A stretch of 64,000 nt of DNA from Zobellia roscoffensis. GTDB taxonomy: Bacteria > Bacteroidota > Bacteroidia > Flavobacteriales > Flavobacteriaceae. How positions within the stretch are numbered: position 1 is the first letter of the stretch; the number at the start of each line of letters is the position of its first letter. The notes below the pieces were generated by a model, which saw only the letters and a program-made list of their open reading frames with translations, searched no databases and had not been told where the DNA came from. A program made the translations under genes and the position numbers. Location: contig NZ_JADDXT010000002.1 of assembly GCF_015330165.1 (NCBI RefSeq), forward strand, positions 1,812,663-1,876,662, read 5' to 3'. Positions 51,401 to 59,648 of this stretch are shown in pieces.

Positions 51401-51969
51401 TTGCTAATTCGTATCTTGAGAATTTGGGAAATGGAAAATTCAGGCTTTCAGAATTGCCAAGAGCTGCCCAAATTGCGCCTATGTATGGCATGATGGTTGG
51501 CGATTATAATAATGATCAAAATTTAGATGTTTTGGCAGTTGGTAATTTCTACAGTGGGGAAGTGTTTTCAGGCAGGTATGATGCCGCTATAGGATGGTTG
51601 TTGCTTGGTGATGGTATAGGAGGTTTTAGTAAAGCCGATGTCTCTCAAAGCGGATTTTTCGTAGATGGGGATGCAAAAAGCCTAGTTAGCTTAAATGCTG
51701 GTGATAGAGAATTACTTATAGCGGGAATGAATAATGCCGGTTTAAAAAGCTTTTATCGACCTATAAAAAATAGAATTTATAAACCGAAGCCCAATGAGGT
51801 ATCAGCTTTGGTCACTTTTGATAATGGAACGAAACAAAAAGTAGAATTCCATTATGGGGCGGGTTATCTTTCAAGCTCAAGCCGAAATTTTAATGTTCCA
51901 GATTCTGCAGTTTCCCTAAAGGTTATAGATGTAAATGGTGTTGAAACTGAAATCTTGAAAAAACCATGA
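48433..51969 (+). CDS. Lipoprotein with two FG-GAP-type (integrin alpha-like) 7-bladed beta-propellers plus ASPIC/UnbV domains (CRTAC1 family).
   Basis: Lipobox ILSCS. Fourteen Ca-binding DxDxDGxxD loops (for example DFDLDGLQD, DINQDGFPD, DYDGDGDLD, DLDNDGDLD, DVNGDGLED, DYDKDGDLD). UnbV_ASPIC-like segments lie after each propeller. Confidence 0.8.
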   Translation: MFATYKISLFYYSLFSCVVLCILSCSKNEKTLFKEITSSESGLTFQNKLNLTDTLTILDFEYMYNGAGVAVADFDLDGLQDVYFTGNMVSNRLYRNQGNFKFEDITESANVGSTHWSNGVAIVDINQDGFPDIYVCRAGPRNAKSENKANLLFVNNGLKDGKLSFTEEAQKWGLADTSYSVQSVFFDYDGDGDLDMYLLNNALVDFNRNTAKPKEGREKVPSVDKLFRNDSGENEAGNPVFTDVSAESGISIEGYGLGIEVCDMNSDGWPDIYVSNDFLTDDLLYINQKNGTFKNEIASYFKHLTFNGMGNDIADINNDGNMDVVVLDMLPPDNKRWKLTMMGNNYDQFRNRLDYGYQPQYIRNTLQLNNGNGSFSEVGQLAGIDATEWSWSALFADFDQDGLNDLCITNGYRQDITNLDFMVYGDRVLTMGTAEANRKKRIEELNKLPGIKENNYFFKNTGNLTFEDASTEVGFDKPTYSNGMAYADLDNDGDLDLVMNNIDDPAGLFENTLSSEENRYIRFKFKGSEKNKQALGSKVEIFYGGSVQKKYFTPYRGYLSTVEQALHFGVGQSKELDSIKVIWPDGKTQNLQGVAVNQELVLQYENAVEGKQTKKSETLKTWLQPIDSIGLNRLHVENEFVDFKVQALLPHMHSKNGPGMAVADVNGDGLEDLYVGGATGQAGAILLQKVDGSFITSEFEEMKNEDMGALFFDVDNDGDQDLYVVSGGSSYQVGDKAYQDRLYENDGLGNFTQTNALPNMLVSGSVVTAADYDKDGDLDLFVGGRIRPGEYPLSPESFLLKNNGTGTGIKFVKDEQSANLDLTNLGMVTSALWTDFNNDGWEDLIVVGEFMAARFFQNNKGELSDVTEITGLSHTNGWWNSITSGDFDKDGDTDYVLGNLGLNSKFKASTKEPLCVYASDYDKNGQIDPVMCHYVDGENYVAHSRNDLISQVNAMRSRFRTFSDYADATFEESFLKEEIEQAHVVRSETFANSYLENLGNGKFRLSELPRAAQIAPMYGMMVGDYNNDQNLDVLAVGNFYSGEVFSGRYDAAIGWLLLGDGIGGFSKADVSQSGFFVDGDAKSLVSLNAGDRELLIAGMNNAGLKSFYRPIKNRIYKPKPNEVSALVTFDNGTKQKVEFHYGAGYLSSSSRNFNVPDSAVSLKVIDVNGVETEILKKP

Positions 51970-54900
51970 AAATGTTGAAACCTTTAATATTTGTGTTGGG
52001 TCTCACATTTCTATTTGTGGGTTGTGGTGAGAAAGAAACGCATCGTTTCAGGTTGCTTGATGCGTCAAAAACGGGCATCGATTTTCAAAATACGATTACG
52101 GAAAACGATAGCATTAATGTTTTTGAATTCATGAATGTGTATACCGGTGCTGGTGTTGCGGTAGGAGATATTGATAATGATGGCCTCACGGATGTGTATT
52201 TTAGCGGGAACATGGTTTCAGGTAGGTTGTATCGGAATAAAGGAAATTTTCAGTTTGAGGATATTACTGAAAAATCAGGACTGCTCAATACCCGTTGGGG
52301 AACAGGGGTAAGTATGGTAGATATTAACCAAGATGGATTTTTAGATATTTATGTGTGCGTTTCAGGAAGTGCAGAGGTTTCCGAGCGAGCCAATATGCTT
52401 TATATTAATAACGGTGATATGACCTTTACCGAAATGGCCGAGGAGTATGGTCTTGCGGATACGCGGCAAAGCATGCATGCTGCTTTTATGGATTACGATA
52501 AGGATGGCGATTTGGATATGTATCTTTTGGTAAACCCTGCGGCATACGAATACAATGTAAATGTGAGCAAACCACGTGAAGTAGAAGGGCAATCTGTCAG
52601 TAATGACCGCTTATATGAAAACATGGGTAACGGTAAGTTTCAGGATATTTCCGATAAAGCAGGAATTGTACTGGAGGGCTATGGACTTGGTGTAGGCATC
52701 TCAGACATTAATGGTGATAACTGGCCGGATATTTATGTATCCAATGATTTTATTGGGAATGATATTCTCTATATCAACCAAAAAGATGGCACGTTCAAAG
52801 ACCAGATTACAGAGCAAATAAAGCATACCTCATATGCGGGAATGGGTAACGATGTTGCAGATGTGGATAATAATGGTGAGCCCGATATTATGGTATTGGA
52901 TATGCGCCCAGAAGATAATGAACGTCAAAAATTGATTATTTCCTCAACGGGTTATGACCGTTTTCAAATTATGTTAGATGCAGGTTACAATGCACAATAC
53001 AGTCGCAATACGCTGCAGTTAAACCAAGGCCGGGATAAGTTTAGTGAAGTAGGTTTTATGGCAGGCATTAGTAGTACGGATTGGAGTTGGAGCCCGTTAT
53101 TAGCAGATTATGATAATGATGGCCGTAAAGATTTATACGTTACCAATGGTTTTTTAAGGGATTTGGGAGATTTAGATTATATCCATTATCAGAAGGCCTA
53201 TGATAATCCCGTAGGTGATGTGGATACAAAAATCCAAATGAAATTGAAATCCATAAGTGAACTGCCCATGGCAGATTTACCAAACTACGCCTATCGTAAT
53301 AAAGGGGATATGACTTTTGAAAAAGTTTCCGATAGTTGGGGGATTGATAAAGCCAGTTGTTCCCATGGTGCGGCATATGCCGATCTGGATAATGATGGGG
53401 ATTTGGATTTACTGGTGAACAATATGGATCAACCTGCTTTTGTATATGAAAACGTGGGCCTTCCAGAGAAAAAAAATCACTATTTAAAAATTAAGCTGAA
53501 AGGTGAAAAAGGCAATCTTCAAGGGATAGGAGCAAAATTGAAGCTGACAACCACAGATTCGGAACAATTTTACCAACATTATTTGAGTCGGGGATATGAG
53601 TCTAGCGTAGATCCTACAGTACATTTTGGTTTGGGTAAATCCAAAGAGATAGAGAGTATTGAGGTTTGGTGGCCAAACGGTACATATCAGATTTTGAATA
53701 ATCAGGCAGTAGATACGGTCTTGGTGTTGCAACAGTCAAATGCAACCAAAGATATTCCACAGAAAAAAGAATTTAAAAAACAATTTTTCTCTGATGTAAC
53801 GGATAGTTTAGGTGTAAGCTTTAAGCATCAAGAAGACGACTTCGTAGATTTTAAACTACAGCCTATTTTACCGCACATGCATTCACGAAACGGACCAGGT
53901 TTAGCTGTTTCGGATGTAAATGGAGATGGCTTGGAAGATTTTTATATTGGCGGAGCAATTGGTCAACCAGGAGAATTACTTTTACAAAAAACTGACGGAA
54001 GTTTTGTTTCAAAGGAAGGTTTTGATGCCGATTTTGAGGACCTGGGTGTCCTATTGTTTGATGCTAATGGTGATGGGTATAATGACCTCTATGTGGTTAG
54101 TGGTGGTGTAAGTGCAAGTGTTGATGCTGGAAAATTTCAAGATAGGCTATACGTGAATGATGGTAAAGGTGGTTTTATGTTGTCTGATGCTTTGCCTGCC
54201 ATTAGTGCAAGTGGATCGTGCGTAGTTGCTAATGATTATGACAAAGATGGAGACCTGGATTTGTTTGTAGGGGGTAGGGTTAATCCTGGTAAATATCCAA
54301 TGCCTGCACAAAGTTATTTGCTCGAAAACCAATCATCCGGTAGTGATTTCAAGTTCGTTGATGCGAGCAATACAATAGAAGGTTGGAAAGAATTGACTAT
54401 GGTTACTTCTGCTTTATGGACAGATTATGATAATGATGGGTGGACAGACCTTATTGCGGTAGGTGAATTTATGCCTATCAGTATTTTTCATAACGAAAAA
54501 GGAAAGCTTGTTCTGCAAAAGGAAGGCACTGGATTAACAAAAACTGAAGGTTGGTGGAACAGCATTAACGGAGGAGATTTTGACCAAGATGGCGATGTAG
54601 ATTATATTCTTGGTAACCTTGGTCTTAACAGTAAGTACACTGTTACTGCAGATGAGCCACTTTGTATCTATGCTAAGGATTATGATAAAGACGGTCGGGT
54701 AGACCCTATAATGTGTTATTTTATTAATGGTGAAAACCATTTAGCGCATTCGCGTGATGAGATTATTGGTCAGGTTAATGCCATGCGGAGCAGATTTAAA
54801 ACCTATAAATCATATGCCGAAACTAATTTTGAAAAATCATTTTTGCAGGAAGAATTGAAAGACGCTTATGTGGTAAAGAGTTATACTTTCTCAAGTAGTT

Positions 54901-55475
54901 ATGTAGAAAATCAAGGGAATGGAAAATTTAAACTCCATGAGCTTCCATTGGAATTGCAAACAGCACCTATTCAGGGTGTGGTGGTCAGTGATTTTAATGA
55001 AGATGGAAATCTAGATGTGCTCATGACGGGTAACTCGTATGCTACAGAAGCGGCAACAGGACGTTATGATGCATTTGTTGGGGCTTTCTTAAAAGGAAAC
55101 GGTAAAGGTTCTTTTGAAAATATTTCTATAGCTGAAAGCGGGTTTTTAAGTGATTGGGATGCGAGTGGTTTGGCTTTGATTCATATGGGTGACGGAAGAC
55201 AAAATATATTGGCGGCAAATAATGATAATCAACTAAAAATATTTCAGCAGACAGAACTCGGAAATGGAAAGGTGATTAATGTAGGGGCAAATGCACTTTC
55301 GGCTGTTATTAAATTAAAGAACGGGCAGAAATACAAGAAGGAGTTTTACTTTGGTTCGGGATATTTATCTCAAAGTAGCAGAAGTATTGGCTTAAATAAG
55401 AATATTAGAGAGATTGAGGTTATAGATAAAAATGGAAATACAAAAACAGTGTATTTAGATGAAGCAGTTAAGTAG
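51966..55475 (+). CDS. Paralogous FG-GAP / ASPIC-UnbV (CRTAC1 family) lipoprotein. Tandem duplicate of the preceding gene.
   Basis: Lipobox LFVGCG. Same domain order and DxDxDG loops, collinear with 48433..51969 along the whole length. Its start ATGA overlaps the upstream stop. Confidence 0.8.
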   Translation: MKMLKPLIFVLGLTFLFVGCGEKETHRFRLLDASKTGIDFQNTITENDSINVFEFMNVYTGAGVAVGDIDNDGLTDVYFSGNMVSGRLYRNKGNFQFEDITEKSGLLNTRWGTGVSMVDINQDGFLDIYVCVSGSAEVSERANMLYINNGDMTFTEMAEEYGLADTRQSMHAAFMDYDKDGDLDMYLLVNPAAYEYNVNVSKPREVEGQSVSNDRLYENMGNGKFQDISDKAGIVLEGYGLGVGISDINGDNWPDIYVSNDFIGNDILYINQKDGTFKDQITEQIKHTSYAGMGNDVADVDNNGEPDIMVLDMRPEDNERQKLIISSTGYDRFQIMLDAGYNAQYSRNTLQLNQGRDKFSEVGFMAGISSTDWSWSPLLADYDNDGRKDLYVTNGFLRDLGDLDYIHYQKAYDNPVGDVDTKIQMKLKSISELPMADLPNYAYRNKGDMTFEKVSDSWGIDKASCSHGAAYADLDNDGDLDLLVNNMDQPAFVYENVGLPEKKNHYLKIKLKGEKGNLQGIGAKLKLTTTDSEQFYQHYLSRGYESSVDPTVHFGLGKSKEIESIEVWWPNGTYQILNNQAVDTVLVLQQSNATKDIPQKKEFKKQFFSDVTDSLGVSFKHQEDDFVDFKLQPILPHMHSRNGPGLAVSDVNGDGLEDFYIGGAIGQPGELLLQKTDGSFVSKEGFDADFEDLGVLLFDANGDGYNDLYVVSGGVSASVDAGKFQDRLYVNDGKGGFMLSDALPAISASGSCVVANDYDKDGDLDLFVGGRVNPGKYPMPAQSYLLENQSSGSDFKFVDASNTIEGWKELTMVTSALWTDYDNDGWTDLIAVGEFMPISIFHNEKGKLVLQKEGTGLTKTEGWWNSINGGDFDQDGDVDYILGNLGLNSKYTVTADEPLCIYAKDYDKDGRVDPIMCYFINGENHLAHSRDEIIGQVNAMRSRFKTYKSYAETNFEKSFLQEELKDAYVVKSYTFSSSYVENQGNGKFKLHELPLELQTAPIQGVVVSDFNEDGNLDVLMTGNSYATEAATGRYDAFVGAFLKGNGKGSFENISIAESGFLSDWDASGLALIHMGDGRQNILAANNDNQLKIFQQTELGNGKVINVGANALSAVIKLKNGQKYKKEFYFGSGYLSQSSRSIGLNKNIREIEVIDKNGNTKTVYLDEAVK

Positions 55476-56781
55476 TATACTCATATTATGTTTGGTTTTA
55501 TTGGTGTCCTGTGGCACCAAGCACAATCAAGAAGGGCTAGATGCTTATTTTGAAGGAGGTTTATCAAACTATAATCGTCAGCTTACAAATGTTATAGTTG
55601 CTGATATTTTTACCCCGCCAGTAGCAAGTAGAATTTATGCGTATTCCAACGTGGCCGCCTATGAGGGTATTCGTTTTGCAGATGCATCAAAGGAGTCTTT
55701 AGTGTCTAAGTTGAATGATTTAGATAAATTATCAGAACCGGAAGCTGGTAAAAAATATTATTACCCATTGGTTTCTGCGGTGGCTTTCATGAATGTGGGT
55801 AAAGCCTTGGTGTTTGATTTGGATAAAGTGGAAGCTATTAAGAGTAGTATGTTGACCGAAGTTAAGGATATCGGTATTGACGAAGCAGTTTACCAAAATT
55901 CAGTATCCTTTGGAGAAAAATTGGCAACTGAAATCTTGAGTTGGGCAGCAAAAGATGGATACTTGCGCCGTACTGCGCTTCCTAGATATTCGGTAAGTGA
56001 TGATGCGGGTCGTTGGAGGCCAACCCCTCCAGATTATATGGAGGCCATAGAGCCACATTGGAACACCATTAGACCCTTTGTTTTAGAATCTGCTGGACAA
56101 TTTGATCCTGGACTTCCTACTGCTTTTAATATTGAAAAAGATTCTAAGTTTTATGAGGAAGCTGTTGAGGTGTATGAAACCGTAAATAAATTAGATGATA
56201 AGCAATTGGAGGTCGCCAAGTTTTGGGACTGTAATCCTAATATATCTCATACCAAGGGGCATGTCATGTATTTTCAGCAGCAAATATCACCCGGAGGACA
56301 TTGGATGCACATTGCAGCACAAGTATTGGAAGAAGAAAAAGCTGATGGCGTAACAGCTGCTGAAACCATGTCTTTGTTAGGAGTGACAATTGCAGATGCA
56401 TTTATCAGTTGTTGGGATCAGAAGTATAAGAGTAGTTTAACCAGGCCAGAAACGTATATCAATAATTACATAGACCAAGATTGGGAGCCTATTCTTCAAA
56501 CACCGGCTTTTCCTGAGCATACATCAGGACACAGTGTGGCTTCTAGTGCCGCAGCAACGGCCTTAACGGAGTTGTTTGGTGAGAACTATGCTTTTGTGGA
56601 TGCAACCGAAGTTCCATACGGTCTTCCTCCAAGAAGTTTTCAGTCGTTTTGGCAAGCTGCAGAAGAAGCAGCTATTAGTCGCTTATATGGAGGAATACAC
56701 TATAGACCTGCTATTGAACTTGGCGTTGCGCAGGGAAAGGCAGTAGGAGGGTTTGTTATAAAACGCCTTAAGTCTGACTAA
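55459..56781 (+). CDS. PAP2-superfamily lipoprotein of the vanadium-dependent haloperoxidase / acid-phosphatase type.
   Basis: Lipobox LLVSCG. All three PAP2 motifs are present: K-x6-RP (KYKSSLTRP), PSGH-like (PEHTSGHS) and SR-x5-H-x3-D-like (SRLYGGIHYRPAIE). Overlaps the upstream gene by 17 nt. Confidence 0.7.
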   Translation: MKQLSSILILCLVLLVSCGTKHNQEGLDAYFEGGLSNYNRQLTNVIVADIFTPPVASRIYAYSNVAAYEGIRFADASKESLVSKLNDLDKLSEPEAGKKYYYPLVSAVAFMNVGKALVFDLDKVEAIKSSMLTEVKDIGIDEAVYQNSVSFGEKLATEILSWAAKDGYLRRTALPRYSVSDDAGRWRPTPPDYMEAIEPHWNTIRPFVLESAGQFDPGLPTAFNIEKDSKFYEEAVEVYETVNKLDDKQLEVAKFWDCNPNISHTKGHVMYFQQQISPGGHWMHIAAQVLEEEKADGVTAAETMSLLGVTIADAFISCWDQKYKSSLTRPETYINNYIDQDWEPILQTPAFPEHTSGHSVASSAAATALTELFGENYAFVDATEVPYGLPPRSFQSFWQAAEEAAISRLYGGIHYRPAIELGVAQGKAVGGFVIKRLKSD

Positions 56782-57262
56782 GGGTTCAAGCTAAAAGTTA
56801 TTGAGCGAAAGGATATGTTTTTGAGTCTAAGTATATTTTGGATAGTTGGCTGTCTTTTTAGATGAAGTATGTAGAAGGTTTACTAAAAATGAAAGATATT
56901 TCTTATGTTTTTATTAAATAATGGGTATATTTCGATGTGTTTTTGTCGAAAGAATATTTTTCTCTTAAATAAGATTCTAAGTAGGTTTTTAAAAAACGAA
57001 TATTTCTATTCATTTGAAATAATGGTTGGTCTGTAAATCAGAGTTTTAGATAATGATAGCGATAAGTTTTTTTGGAGACCTTTAGAATACACTGTATATT
57101 TGAATAGTAGCATAGAATATCATAGTATAATAAAAAACAATTATATCTTGTTTTCCTATCATGAATGGAAGAAGGTTTTAGTTTTAAAGAATACTTTATT
57201 GCTCAATAGAAAATGATAATACCATCAGTTGTTAATTAATTTCCTCCCAATAAAAAAATCAG

Positions 57263-59032
57263 ATGATTGTAAACACTACCCTAACAGCAACCTCCGACAT
57301 AACGATTATCGGTGCAGAGCAAAATTTCCAAACGTCACTTAAAAAAGTACATGATCATGAAGGTACAGTGGTCTATGATTTTGAAGTAGCAGGAGATGAG
57401 AAACAGATACCGAAACCTATAACGCTACAATGGAAGGTTCCTGCGATTAATGTAAAGGGAGTTTGGAAGCCTACAACAGATTTTAACAAACGTATTCAGG
57501 CAGATTGGGAGTTAGATAATATGGAATCTAGAATTTCTATTGATTCTCCTGTGATTTCCCTTTTTGGTAATAGTGATGAGAATATTTTAACTTTTGCTTG
57601 TTCCAATGCCATTAATAAATTAGAAATGAATGCGCGTTTGCGTGAGGAGGACAATTGTTTTTATTGCTATATCACTTTTTTTATGGAACAACATTACCCT
57701 CTTAAAAATTTCAAAGCACAGATAAGACTTGATCATCAAAATCAGCATTTTTCTGATAGTCTCCGTGCCGTATCTTCTTGGTGGGAAACTTTTGAGCAGT
57801 TAAAACCAGCTTATGTTCCGGATATCGCTAAAAAACCATTGTATTCTACCTGGTATCAATTTCATCAAAACTTAGAAATACCACTACTTTTAGAGGAATG
57901 TAGATTGGCCAAGGATTTAGGTTACGAGGCAATTATTATTGATGACGGTTGGCAGACATTTGACTCTAATAGAGGGTATGATTTTACTGGAGATTGGCAG
58001 CCGGACCGTATTCCTGAAATGGCGGAATTCGTAAAAAGTGTGCATGAAACAGGAATGAAAGTAGCCCTTTGGTATTCCGTTCCGTTTTGTGGTGAAAAAT
58101 CAAAAGCTTTCAAACGTTTTAAAGGGAAATTCTTGACGGAAGACCATAGATGGGCACCAGTTTTTGATCCGCGCTACCCAGATGTACGACAATATTTAAT
58201 CGATATTTATTCAAGTGCTGCTAAAGACTGGAATCTAGATGGCTTTAAACTCGATTTTATAGACGATTTTAGATTTTATAAAGACACACCTACGAAATTA
58301 GGAGCAGATGCGGATTACGCTTCTATTAACGGTGCGGTTGACCGTTTGTTAACAGACGTAAAAAATGCTTTAACAGAAATAAACCCCGAAATCTTTATTG
58401 AGTTCAGACAAAAATATACTGGACCGGCAATGCGTAAGTATGGCAATATGTTCCGGGCTTTTGATTGCCCGGGAGATGCCACTATGAACCGTTTGCGAAT
58501 TGCAGATATACGTATGCTTGCGGGTAACACAGCAGTGCATTCTGATATGGTTACCTGGCATGAAGATGAACCTTTGGAAATTGCAGCACTTCAGGTAATC
58601 AACACGCTTTTTGGGGTTCCTCAACTGTCAATTATGTTGAGTGAAACTCCTAAAGAGTATGTAAATATGATTGGGTTTTATACTAAATATTGGAATGAAA
58701 ATGCCGATGTTCTTATGAACGGTGATTTTCTTCCTTCTAAACCTCTTGCCAACTATCCCACGAAGCGAGTTTCTAAAAATGGGCAAGTCATTATTGGAGT
58801 ATATGATACTTGGATTATTGAACTTAACGAAGCACATAATTTAGTCGATATCTTAAATGCACAGATAGCGAATCAGGTTGTTATCAGAAATACGAAAGAC
58901 TTAGGAGCGTATCGTTGTAAAATTTATGATTGCCAAGGAAGTTTGATACGGGAAGATAATGTAGTATTTTCGAAAGGCGTACTTGAAATTGAGGTTCCCG
59001 CTTGTGGAATCATCAAAGCCGAGAAAATATAA
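57263..59032 (+). CDS. Cytoplasmic glycoside hydrolase, GH36-like (clan GH-D alpha-galactosidase family).
   Basis: IIIDDGWQ....GDW...IPEMAEFVKSVHETGMKVALWYSVP closely tracks the GH36 catalytic-domain consensus (DDGWF...GDW...vH..GMKFGLW). Candidate nucleophile in FKLDFID (the KWD equivalent). No signal peptide. Confidence 0.6.
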   Translation: MIVNTTLTATSDITIIGAEQNFQTSLKKVHDHEGTVVYDFEVAGDEKQIPKPITLQWKVPAINVKGVWKPTTDFNKRIQADWELDNMESRISIDSPVISLFGNSDENILTFACSNAINKLEMNARLREEDNCFYCYITFFMEQHYPLKNFKAQIRLDHQNQHFSDSLRAVSSWWETFEQLKPAYVPDIAKKPLYSTWYQFHQNLEIPLLLEECRLAKDLGYEAIIIDDGWQTFDSNRGYDFTGDWQPDRIPEMAEFVKSVHETGMKVALWYSVPFCGEKSKAFKRFKGKFLTEDHRWAPVFDPRYPDVRQYLIDIYSSAAKDWNLDGFKLDFIDDFRFYKDTPTKLGADADYASINGAVDRLLTDVKNALTEINPEIFIEFRQKYTGPAMRKYGNMFRAFDCPGDATMNRLRIADIRMLAGNTAVHSDMVTWHEDEPLEIAALQVINTLFGVPQLSIMLSETPKEYVNMIGFYTKYWNENADVLMNGDFLPSKPLANYPTKRVSKNGQVIIGVYDTWIIELNEAHNLVDILNAQIANQVVIRNTKDLGAYRCKIYDCQGSLIREDNVVFSKGVLEIEVPACGIIKAEKI

Positions 59033-59042
59033 CGAACTTCAA

Positions 59043-59603
59043 ATGACCGAAAAAGAGAAAATGATTGGTGGAAAACCTTATAACCCTCATGATAAGGAGT
59101 TGGTTAGAGGTAGGTTGAACGCAAGAAGACTAATGCGTGAAATTGAAGCCATACCCATGGATAAGGAACGGCAACGTAAACATTTTTTCAAAGAGTTATT
59201 TGCTGAGACCGGTAAAAATTTTTACATAGAGAATCGTTTTACTTGCGATTATGGCTTCAATATTTATTGGGGGGAAAACTCATACGCTAATTTTGATTGT
59301 ATTATTTTGGATGCAGCGCCAGTTTACATTGGTAAGAATGTTATGATAGCTCCTGCGGTAAAACTTCTTACGGCAACGCATCCTCTTGAATTTGAAGCAC
59401 GCAATTCCGGCATTGAATACGCAAAACCTATAAGAATAGGTGATAACGTTTGGATTGGCGGCGGGGTAATCGTTAATCCAGGGGTTACAATAGGAAATAA
59501 CAGTGTTATAGGTTCTGGTAGTGTTGTGGTAAAAGACATTCCTGAAAATGTAGTAGCTGTTGGTAATCCGTGTCGCGTACTAAAGAAAATTGATAACTCA
59601 TAA
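59043..59603 (+). CDS. maa: Maltose/galactoside O-acetyltransferase (Maa/LacA family, left-handed beta-helix).
   Basis: ORF 58983..59603. The ATG at 59043 gives MTEKEKMIGGKPYNP, the Maa N-terminus. Hexapeptide repeats (IGDNVWIGGGVIVNPGVTIGNNSVIGSGSVV). Confidence 0.85.
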   Translation: MTEKEKMIGGKPYNPHDKELVRGRLNARRLMREIEAIPMDKERQRKHFFKELFAETGKNFYIENRFTCDYGFNIYWGENSYANFDCIILDAAPVYIGKNVMIAPAVKLLTATHPLEFEARNSGIEYAKPIRIGDNVWIGGGVIVNPGVTIGNNSVIGSGSVVVKDIPENVVAVGNPCRVLKKIDNS

Positions 59604-59648
59604 TTATAGCTCTTCACTCTCTCAACACCAACTTAAAACACTAAAAAT

